This document shows positions 53,141 to 64,000 of a stretch of DNA of 64,000 nt, piece by piece. Under the pieces are notes generated by a model that was not told the origin of the DNA, did no database searches, and saw only the letters and a list, made by a program, of their open reading frames with translations. Every line of letters begins with the position of its first letter. The first letter of the stretch is position 1. Source of the DNA: Nemertoderma westbladi (Eukaryota; Animalia; Xenacoelomorpha); the NCBI GenBank assembly GCA_032718475.1, contig JAUCBJ010001484.1, forward strand, positions 1,825 to 65,824, given 5' to 3'. Both the position numbers and the translations under genes were made by a program.

Positions 53141-56100
53141 ATGAGTGTTTTGCTACGTCATGCCTCATGTGGTAATCGATTATCGACAACAACCACAAAC
53201 TATAAAATTTAGAGTCTTTTACCACAGGCTGACAGGAGCATATGGAAATCTATCTCATAGTCTATAAATCATGGAATTTTGAATGTTTTGGCACAGGCAT
53301 AGTGAAACCAACTGTCCGAAAGACCAGAAATCAACAAATTTTGAATGTTTTGGCCTAGGCATGTTGAAATCAACTGTCTGACAGTCCAGAAATCAGCAGT
53401 CTGACAGTTTGAAGAAATACATAATAAAAAGTCATTAAAGGACGACAAAAGTCATTAAAGGGACAACAAAAGTCATTATGCACAATTCGTAAAAAAAGGA
53501 GGACAAAAAAAGTCAAATAAAAGGACACAACAAATCACTGCCTTACCAAAATGGAACAAGCTTCGGGTGAGAATTTAATTTTGCGAAATTTAATTTTAAG
53601 TTGATTAACGAGAATGTTGCGTACGATTCTATCCATCCAAGCAAGTATGATATACACCCCATGTAACCCTGCCTGGACGCGACAAGACCCAACAGGACCG
53701 CTAAATGAAGCTAACTAAAAACTAAAAACCTGTTAGTAAATCACCTCGTTACGCCCAGTTTGCATAGACTGACGGAAGGAACCAATCAATAAACGACGAG
53801 TTTTAGAAATACTGGAAAAATTCATAGTTGAATTAAAATGTGCGATGTGTAGTACTGTACTTCCCACACAGAGTTGTTAATTTCATGTTTGGAAGTCCTA
53901 CAAGAGACATATTTTGTATTTTGTAAAGTTTTTATAACAATTTTCATCTTGTTAGACCTACCAATTAGAGTTAGAAATGCTTAGTTTGTTCCTGCCCATA
54001 AGCCATCAGTGATTATTCAATAATTATGGCAAAATGCATTAATGAATTAAATAATCCATTGTAAAAATGTTAATTGTAAATTCCACCACTACAGTGTGTT
54101 TTATTATTCTAAATTCATGGCCAGCCAAAATTGAAAGATTTCAACATTAGTGTGATATACACGAGCACAGGCGTGTTTTATTTATTTATTATTATCTTAT
54201 TGTTTGCTTCATCGCGTAACAAGAGTCACTTTTCAGCCAATTTCAAATTCTATAAAACAATTGGGGCGGGTTCTGTCAACCACGCTAGTGGATGGAGTTT
54301 CCTAATCCCCCCTAACACCTTGTCTTCTGATAATTCACTGTCAGCCAGCATCACCTTCTAACCAGCCCGCAGCGTAAACCAATTGGATTTCGTAAATTCA
54401 ATTGTTTCCGTCCTTGAGCCCTTAGGAAAACCCTTCCATTTCTGTGATTACAGACAGAGTGTCACTGATCATCACTGCTGCCGCCCATGCGCTGCATTTA
54501 ATTTAGCTGGCATTACAATTTTTGCTAGGTCAAATATGTTCTGCAGCTAAAAATACAGATAACATTTTCAAACTAAATTTAACTTTTATTTACTTACACA
54601 CGAATTATGACTTGGTACTAAATGCCATTAAATTGCAATATAAATTAATAAAATCATGACTAGGTAATTTTTTGAACTGATTAAATGTCCTATTACCATA
54701 GGGCTCTAACTTCAAAGGCCATAGGAGGGAAAATTGGTTGGGAGATTTGATGGACGCTACTCGCAAATTGTATTTGGAGCCTCAACTTTGATTTGATGAA
54801 ATTATACCAATATAACAAGGTGTGCGGGAGGTGTGTCAGTGGGTGGCCTCACCAGGGGCAATCTGCAATCTGCTTGACAAGATTGAAGCTGCTCGCAGCC
54901 ATTCGCCTACAGCGGATAAGGTCATACTAATCTTCGGAGTGGTTCACTTACAGGTATAGATGCAAAAGCCATGGATTTGTCAAGGAAATGGCCAATTTCC
55001 CTAATTTTATTCCTCTTCTGCTAAGGACTGCGCGTTGTAAAGTACTTTTACTATTAAAGTGTCTGACATTACTTATTATGAATATATTCAGACCAAACAA
55101 ACAATAATGATGGATGCAGGACTAATGGAATCGCTTCACCTCTTGCTAGTTCTGTACTTATAACTAACCTTGTTTGTTTGTTCGATGTTTACATAGTGTT
55201 TCACATCCTCATCTCCATATCTTTACTCTGCACATAATGCCTAGGCCTTCAGTCATCTCTGTATATAGTCCATTATCCGCTTATGGTAACTTTCTCCACT
55301 TAGTTGTCTTTTTTGGTCATCTCTGCAAAGGCTTACAAAGAGACCGGTGATCAACGAAACTTGTCTTTATAAAACTAGAAGAAACGTCAATCGTAATAGT
55401 TTTTAGATACTATTATATTTCGTTATATTAATTTATTTAACAAAACAAAACAAAATTAATGCATTAATAAAACTCATGCCGAGACGAAATTTGTAAATAA
55501 TTATTATCATTTTGCAGGATATTGGCTTTTGCATTTTATTTATATATTAATTGATTTAAATATATCTATTGTTTATATTATTGTAACAAAGTTCCTTTTT
55601 TTTAACTTCTCGAGTTTAGATGTCTCTCCTTTTCTTGTATTCAACTCATCATTATCCCGCACATTCTCCCATGGATTCAGAATTTTGTTATTATTCTGGT
55701 TTATTATTTAAACGATGTCATCCCTATTCCGTATAATATCCGCTTTGTTGTTGGAAAAATGCATCAATCCAGTACCCTCAGTCTTGTGTAGTCCATTAAA
55801 ATTTGTGCTAATCCGTGCATAATAAGTATGACGTGTGACATTGACTGTAGCCTAATAAAGTTACAACATCTTACCTGACCTTGATTCTAGTAATTAAAGC
55901 AAATGCGAGGGTAGGACTGCGGAAGAATTAATCGCAGGAAATAATCAATCTTCTTGTTTGTTGGTTGAAACATAGGCTACTGATACCTCAGTGCAATGCC
56001 TTCTGCACTGTTATCAAAAATATATTAATGATTCGCCATTATGTTGTTAAATTTTTTGGTTTTGAAATTTTCTAGGATGGAACCTAAGTTTTATGATTTA

Positions 56101-59100
56101 TCAGAATGAATAGTCACATAAATATTACGGCCAATTCACACCCTATAAAATATTATAACTCACACCAAGGGGGGGGGGGGGGGGGGGGGGGGGGAGTTGA
56201 CTCTCCCACCCTCAGCTGATGTGATGGTTTCAAGGTTCAAGTACTATGGTAAGGTACTATTATCGTCCTTGCTTATGTTTCCCTCTCGACAAACACCGGA
56301 TTTGGTTAAAATTACGTTCATCGATGTTGCTAATGGATTGAAAGGATAGCGCGAATGTCTATCAGTTGGGACTGGCAGCGAACTAATACATATTTGTTAT
56401 ATGAGTAAATTCACTGTCCACACCACGAAAGAAACCATTGCATATTATTATATTCTGTCAATGGCAGTAAGGGCAGACGCAGGCCTAAATGTGTGTTAGT
56501 AAATAAGTGTCTTTTGAGGTTTATGCATGTGTAAAAGTTTTAATAAGAATGGTTGAATTATTTTAAGTATTTTTAATATTTAAGCAATGGAGAAACAACT
56601 TTTCATTAAAATTTGCTTGTTTAAATAGTGTACTTATTTGCGGGAGAAAACAGAATAATCTGAGTAACCGACAGCTGCCTACCACAGTCGACATCGACAA
56701 ATATGAAACTCTTTACTTTCGTTTATTGTTTTGGTTAGAGAATAACCTTCCACAGTAAACCGTTCCTTTTCCTCAATAGTTAATTAACATTAATTAGCTT
56801 TAATAATGGTTTTCGGATTTGGTTGTCAGTTGTCGACGTAGTGTGCGGTAGTCGTAATAGAATCAACAAGGGGGTTTGTGAAATTAGTGTCAATGTCCAC
56901 ATCAGTATCACAGACGAAAAGCAAACCGGAACAAAAATATTCCATGATAGCGCTCCTTCTGCGCACCTCTGTAGAACAAAAAGTCACGACGATTTTCACC
57001 TGCTTGAGAGGGATGAATATTAATTGCGTCTATTTGTCCAGTAATACCGGCATATATCTATAGCAAGTAACAAAAATACTATAACTTGCTCAGTAAGTAG
57101 TTTTAGTATACTCTATTGCCTCCTCGAACAGCATAAAAATTCGTCTTTTTCCAAGAATACTATAAAGGCCTCTACTATCCCTTGACTTAAATTATATCCG
57201 CCGTAATTCTATAGAAGGGGCCATTATTGGGCCGTATAGAATGCACACCAATGTAATATATTGACTACATTTAGTTTTGTATTGCATCGCGTAGGCTGCG
57301 CGGCCCTACCGTTAAAGTTTGCCCCAATTGTTGTTGCTTAGAACCACAGAATGTATCTGTCAATCACGAATGTGTTTTGGGGACTCTCTTGATTTCTTCC
57401 TGGCCAAACCCATTAGTGGTGGGCCCGTATCTCTATCGGGGCATGATAGTAAAATACATGGCTTAACCCGCCATCTACGTCGCGAGCAACTACTGGGACG
57501 ATGGCAGGTGAGGAGGAATGCAGGTTCTAGCTACTAGGTTTTTATACTGAAGGTTACCTAACCGGCCCTTTTGAGTGTCAGGTAATTCTGTGTTTGGCCA
57601 ACCCCAATGACCAGCCATTGCATCTGGAATGTGCCTCGGTGCCGCTTTATCGCAGATAGGATCTACGTTCGGATGCTAGGTGAGGCTTCACTTTCGGCTC
57701 ACTTAGTCACAACATAATTGAATTAAGTCGGCCTCAAATCGACAATATGATGCGTGGATGCCTTAAGGATCATTGCATAACCGGCCTGCCTGCCTGGAAT
57801 AACCTCACACAAACAAAATAATTTGACGAGGTGTCATCCAATTGAATAAAATATGTTGACACGCTGCTAATTGTACCTATTATAACATCATCTATTCAAT
57901 CAATATGGATGTGATTTGTAAGTTGATTACACAATAAATGATACGGGCTACTGAATATTCATTGGCCTCGTAAAATTTTTATATTACTGTCAATAATTTA
58001 GGTTCATTACCGCCATCATGACATCATGCCATATTTAAGCATAATCTAGGCAGATATCAATTGATACATAACATAATTATGTAGATGTTATAGCAACTAT
58101 CACCAGAACAAACGAAATTATTCGTTAAGCATTTTGCATTCCAGCTGCAAAATTAGCTATAAATTCTGTCGTAGTAATAGCTAAATCGTCTACGATGAAC
58201 GTGCAACATTGTAAGCAATTATTTGATTCTTTCTCTGATGCATAGTCGCTATAACGACGTAAATGGTGCCACTTTAATTGTGTGAGAAATAATCCAACCT
58301 ATTTTTATACAAATTAATTTGATTACCCAATGCCGCCTCTCCCAGTACCCATATACGGACTATAATAGTCAAAATGTGCAAAACATTTGAGTAAGATTAC
58401 TGTAAAATACACATACTTTCGCATTATGTTTGTACAGTGAGTGTGAGTGGGTGCAAAGTTCTACACACAAAGCACTACAAGGTGATTCCTTAACTATCAT
58501 CATATCATCACCGATTCATCTGGTAATATTTAGCATTTATGTTTTAAAACTCATGATTTAGAGGCATCGTGATCAAGCAATCTCTCTCTAGACCTTCTTA
58601 ATAATGTTCTCAGGGTGAATGGGATACTTGACATATTCGACAGGATTGAAAATAATTATTAGAATGGTACATGGTGGTGTTGGTGATGACTGGTTTGGGC
58701 AATAGCTTGCCTGGTCAGTGCAGCTGGTCTGTGATGTACTATTGAGAATCAATACACCGCCGAATGAGGTATACTGGCATCCTCGGCGTATAGATCCGTG
58801 CAACTCCAGTTCACCCTACCGTTACACAGCGAACCACTCTTTTAAATCGATAACTAATTTTGCCAAAATAGACAAATATTTCTACTGGCCACACACTAGT
58901 AGATTTGTTTGGCTATGGATTTAGAAGCAGCATGTTGATAGAGCAAGTTAGCTGTTTTGCATTGTAAACTTTACATTGGATGTTTGAATTGCTAGGCGGG
59001 TAGGCTAGGCGTGCTTAGGGTTGGGGGATTTCGATTACAGAATTTACGTTCCTCTGTAGGCCGCAATTGGGCAGGGTATTTAATCTGCACAAATGACAGG

Positions 59101-59609
59101 TCGCCAATTTCTCGTTGTTTAATGAATTATTGAGCGTACTTGAGAGAATATATCCTTGTTGATGTATTATACTCATTGATTGTTGAGCAAAATTTTGAAG
59201 TGGAGAAATTGGATAAATTAAATTACCCCCCCTCTACCCCCATCCCACCCAATCCCGCAGCGGGGGCAGCGTTGGCAACTGGATTTAAACGTGGCTTGAC
59301 TTCGAGGTAGCCCTTGTGTTAATCCAAATGCGATTAAATAATCGAGTTTTCGCTTAATGAATTATATACCAGCATCATTGATTCTCAATGCCAGTATTAA
59401 ACAGTCGTGCAAATCACGCAAGAGCTGGCGCCAACGCGACACGAAGGAATAAAAATAAAAACCAGGCCGTGGCGCGGGTAAAGACAACATTTCAATTTAT
59501 ATTGACAACCCAGGTTGTATAACTTGATCTCATTGCTATTATGGTTGTAGTGACAACAAAACAAATAGTGCCCAGACAAATACTGCCCAGACAACTCGCA
59601 TCGGCCCAT

Positions 59610-60290
59610 CGCTACTACTACTATTGTACTACTATCAGCATGCTTCATTGGAGCTTCAGTATATATATTACATATACATATACATTACATATTACATATA
59701 TATTAAGAATGCTGTGCCGGTTTGTTGCGCCACCACCACAACTCCCTGTCACCCATGACATTTGCTAGATCATCCACATCTTCAAGGCCAGTGTCCTTAA
59801 AGAGGCGTCCCAAGAAAGTCTTGGGCTGTCCACCATGCTTATTTACTCCATGAGGCCGCCATAGCACAATTTTGTGCAATGGCAGGTCCATATGTTTAAA
59901 GCAATGCCCTGCAAAGCGGAGGCCGTCAATAAGTGTCCAGCCTGGGGGTACTAATAAAACTTCTCTATGTTGTATAGAGTCTGATTGGAGATGTGTTCAA
60001 TGTATTTGACTCAATGAACCCGGCCAGCATTCTTGTGAAAGTGCTATCCAGGGATTTAGTATCCTCTGTAGTTAGAGCCCAGCATGGACTCCCATATAAA
60101 TAGTACTGGTACAGTACTACTGCTGTCAGAAATAATCGAACCTTGAGATTCCTTTTTATTCTATGGGACTTCCAAATCCTGGATAAACTATTAAATGCTG
60201 CCCACGCCTTCATCTTACGTATGCGAAGCGATCTCTAATCACCTAACTTCCGAATCCATGGTCCCAAGTAGTCATTCAACAATAGTCCAT
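59610..60290 (-). mobile_element. 3' fragment of an RTE-clade LINE
   Basis: KAWAAFNSLSRIWKS, LKVRLFLTAV, LYGSPCWALT and RFAGHCFKH are C-terminal RTE motifs. A (TAG)n run lies at ~59612-59623 on the - strand. Confidence 0.8.
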
Positions 60291-60435
60291 TATGGTTGAG
60301 GCCTGTCCAACAAGCGCGAACCACAAATAAACAAATGATTTTATACTTGATAGACCACTCCACCCTACCATTCTGAAATCAGTCGTATCATAACGGACTG
60401 GATATGTGTTGTCGAGGCAGGACTTATCTATATTC

Positions 60436-60900
60436 AAATGATTAATATTTATGACAAGTAAGGGTCTTGCAAAAAAAGCAAACCGTCGGGGTCGGCCGAA
60501 GCCAGATGCGACCCTTTAGGCTATTATTTCGATAGCTGCTACCGAGGGTAGGGGTGGGTGCTACTCCTATCCAATGATTTGATCCCAGTTATTTAACTGG
60601 TACTCATTTTATCGACCCCAGTGGATGAAAGGCTAATGCCATCAAGGGTCTTGAGCCACGGCTATTATACAATATTATTAGTTCACCATAGAGCTATCAT
60701 AAAGCTATCGGGTTTGTATAGGACCTATATCTTTCTAGGATTTGAATTTGTTTTAATTAAATTTTATTTATATAGCGGTTAATAATATACCGTAACCACT
60801 GAAGACGCGCGGAAAGCGTGGACTAACTCCTCTAAGGTAATAATGTTTTATAATAGCCCGTGGCTAAAGACACTTACTTGTCATAATATTAATCATTTCG
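60436..60900. mobile_element. Fold-back MITE carrying an inserted SINE fragment
   Basis: AAATGATTAATATTTATGACAAGTAAG vs CTTACTTGTCATAATATTAATCATTT; AGCCACGGGCTATTATA vs TATAATAGCCCGTGGCT. Confidence 0.75.
60470..60643 (-). mobile_element. 5'-truncated SINE flanked by a 10-bp target-site duplication (AAGGGTCTTG)
   Basis: The direct repeat lies at 60460-60469 and 60644-60653. The - strand contains AGCCTTTCATCCACTGGGGTCGATAAAATGAGTACCAG, which resembles a conserved core domain of metazoan SINE superfamilies (from memory), followed by a 3' hairpin and a T-rich tail. Confidence 0.7.
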
Positions 60901-63900
60901 GCTTCCACCACGAAAATTATCGTTCCATTACATTAACTCGCTTGTTATCTATATTCCCTTCGGTTGTATTTGTTATTACTGTACAATCAACAGTAAAATG
61001 AACTTAAATTTATTGAACACAATTTCGGCGCGTCCGATTCGATACGTGTTTCTACACATGTATGATTGTACTGAGAGTGAGAGAGGTAGTTACTTTTCGG
61101 AGTCACAGTCAATGCATGGAGGGGACATAAACTTGGGGTTAAGGACCACCTGCACTTTCTTCAAAAGGATTCAATGTCGTAAAGTAAAACAAATTAGGGT
61201 TACATGGATTAATCCATCAATAAAATCCATTGTTAAGAATCATATTTTGGTACCTAAACACCTGGACGGACACGACTAGCGAATATTATGCCCCAGGCGG
61301 TGAGGTTAAGAATTTCCCGTAGCCACTTCGGCGTCTTTCTTTTAACCTTATTTGGTCTGAGTATTTTTAAAGAAAAAGATGAATTTATATAGCAATTTCA
61401 GAATTATTATGAAGTATCTCTACTCACTAGGTGCGGATGACAAATTTATAAAATAATAAAACTGAGACTGCACATGTATAGTTAATTAAGGGTAGTTTTA
61501 ATTTATAAATTAATTTTAGCAGCCGGTGGGGGTGGGGGCTCCGAACTATCCACACTCCGCCGTTATGGAACTACCACCTACCTACTCATGTGTTTTTTAT
61601 CTGCTGGCTGTTTATTAACATTAAGGTTGAGGATAGCAGTATTGTTATATTCCAATTTACTTAATATCTATTCGTTTTTTTATCCTTTTGTCACAAGAGG
61701 AGAGGACCCACCCAGTACAGCAGTACAGAACTCCGGCATGTGTCCCGAAACCAGTCCCCCCAGGAGCACCAGCTTGATTAGGCTATCGGTTTTGAGTGGG
61801 GCATCTCGACGCTCCCGTGCGACCGGAGCCATCGTCCGCCGAGGGCAGCCTCTATACCCAGACACCCTGAATGTCAAAGCATCAAACTACTACTAGAAAC
61901 CCACGCATCGATTGTTTCAGCGGCAGCGATCGACTGAGGCAGGTTAATCAGGCCACATGACAGCTCGCGATAGTAGCATTATCCAGGTTTGCTTGGCCCC
62001 GGGGGACCAGTGCCTGTCAGTTCGGGATTGGCAGCAATAGGCCCGGGCAGGCCAGGCCATCCCCTGCCTACCAACCTACTCTAACACGATCAATTGTTTT
62101 AAGAGGATGAGGATATTTGAGTCGCAAATCCTGGGGATGCTTAGTACTAGCTAGTAAAGTATCTCACCCGGACCGCCCAATTGTATCAACTTAGAACTAC
62201 ATTGTGTTGAACCTTCGTTGTTGTTATTTGAGGTTGAAGGGGTTAGGTTAGGTGTATATCTATTTTGTAAATTATTTTTCAATAGAGTGCTCCCATTGTT
62301 TGTGTACCCCGCACAGGTGATCTCAGTAATTCTCGCATTGTCCGAAGACATGTTGAATTACCTCGTCTTTACGCTGGCAGATTGATTTATCAGAATTTAT
62401 CTGGGAGCTTTTGTATCACGATGGATCGCCGTGGCGCCAGCCAGCCGTGACCCGTCATTCCCCATTGTACTCAAAATGGCGGACAAAGGTTAAATTTCCT
62501 GTCAAGCGAGATACAATAATGTGTATTTATTTCTTGGGGTGTCACAGAATTACAGCTGGTGTTATAAGATTTTACGATATTATTGATTAAATAATCATAA
62601 TACGATCTCATAAAAATCTATTATTAAAAATATTTTGGAATCTATTCATATTGAAATTTAATATGAATCGACCCCCCTCGCTCTATCCCCGCTATGCGAG
62701 ACATCCATTTTAGCAGCAGAAAATAATATTGCCGGTTACATGAATACCTACTGTACTGTAAAGAGGCCTAGCACCGCCCACACGTGTCAACACATAGCAC
62801 CGGAGTTAAGTTTCGCGTTTAACTTTGCCATGCAAAACAATAAAATTCGTCGGAGTGTATATTAGAGGCCGATCACGTGTCCGGGTCAGGGCACCTCTGA
62901 CAGTGACGTTTATTAGTTGCTGAAATTAATGACAATTATATTAATTCTCCTACACGGGGTAGTAGCGCGGCCTATATTAACATATTGTGCCTATATTATG
63001 CAGGGTTAGTTGAACACCAGCCGATGACAATATCCCACTAATGTTGAATTTAGTTTATGGTGACTATGCTACTTTCTGACCTACAAATTTGCATAACATT
63101 TTTAAAATAAATACCAAAGTTTATATCACATTGTCAGATAGATGCTCAAAAAGTCATGATCTTGTATTATGCAGTGGGATGTATGTATATTTTGTTCGTT
63201 AGCACTTTTGATATTATGAAGACAAATATAGTGTTTTCCTAGAACAAGAGCATTGTTTTTGGAATTCATTATTAAGAAAAGAAGTGGTCAATAATACAAT
63301 GCTAAGAAATTTATTACACAGAGTTTGAGAGTTAGGTTTATATTACTTTTATAATATCGTCAATGTAAACTGCTTAGAATCGAGAGTAATGGTTCCGGAA
63401 ATTACAGGCATATAAAGTGATACTTTACTGCATTGAATTACTATTTATCATTTTTTTTAACTATGTACATTTTTAGTACAATATGTAAAAATAATTGTGT
63501 TATAATAATTATGATGATTATGTGTTATTATTTTCTTCATTCAAGAGTTTCATTTTGAAATTTAATAGTTTAAGATATTGTGAAGAATATAAATGTATTC
63601 GAATGTTAACTGCATCAAATGTATAATTCCTGAGCAACTTCCCTAGTCCATATTAATTCAAAACTGATCGTAATGTAAAAACATTATGTACTTCCATGAT
63701 TCTGACAAAGAAAAGTTATAAAAAATTTTAGTAACAATAATTATTAAATACACCCGTATTTTCTGGGACACAATAATTATTAGTCATGAATGGCGGTAGT
63801 TTATTGTTGACTAATTATTTGATTAGAAGGGCGTCCCTCTTCTGCTTCGACCTTCTGCGTTTCCACATCAACTGCTACAGAATAGCCTTGAATGGAAACA

Positions 63901-64000
63901 GCAAGAGTGGAGTGTTTTTGATTAAGGTTCTGCTAATGCTATGCGAAAAACCTAGTAAACAAACGGACTGTGTTTCTTCGCCTTTGGAAGTATGATGCCA

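Noticed and set aside
48600-64000. A linked SoxB2 or other gene in the upstream region
   Set aside because: I found no HMG motif or phase-consistent exons. The short ORFs are AT-rich noise or transposon fragments.

Overview
This is eukaryotic (invertebrate animal-type) genomic DNA: AT-rich, intron-containing and repeat-dense, with no prokaryotic features such as CRISPR, rRNA or operons. It holds two convergent protein-coding genes. (1) The 3' part of an unidentified, spliced + strand gene encoding a long Ser/Pro-rich, probably disordered protein. Six phase-compatible exons lie between 14793 and about 31010, and the 3.4-kb exon is broken by two +1 frameshifts. (2) A complete - strand SoxB1 (Sox1/2/3/SoxNeuro-type) gene of about 411 aa with three coding exons, including an intron inside the HMG box, followed by about 16 kb of upstream gene desert. 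The rest is a CR1/L2-type LINE ORF with a 2A-like motif running off the left edge, an 11.5-kb 29-bp satellite, a G-rich hexamer array, a 25/28-bp satellite, decayed RTE LINEs, tRNA-derived SINEs and several fold-back MITEs. The most striking structure is a 2.15-kb intronic array made by tandem duplication of an exon/intron junction. It gives 49 consecutive CAG|GT sites, so each ~44-bp unit is a GT...AG micro-intron with a zero-length exon. Coordinates were read by eye and may be off by a few bases. No database search was possible.
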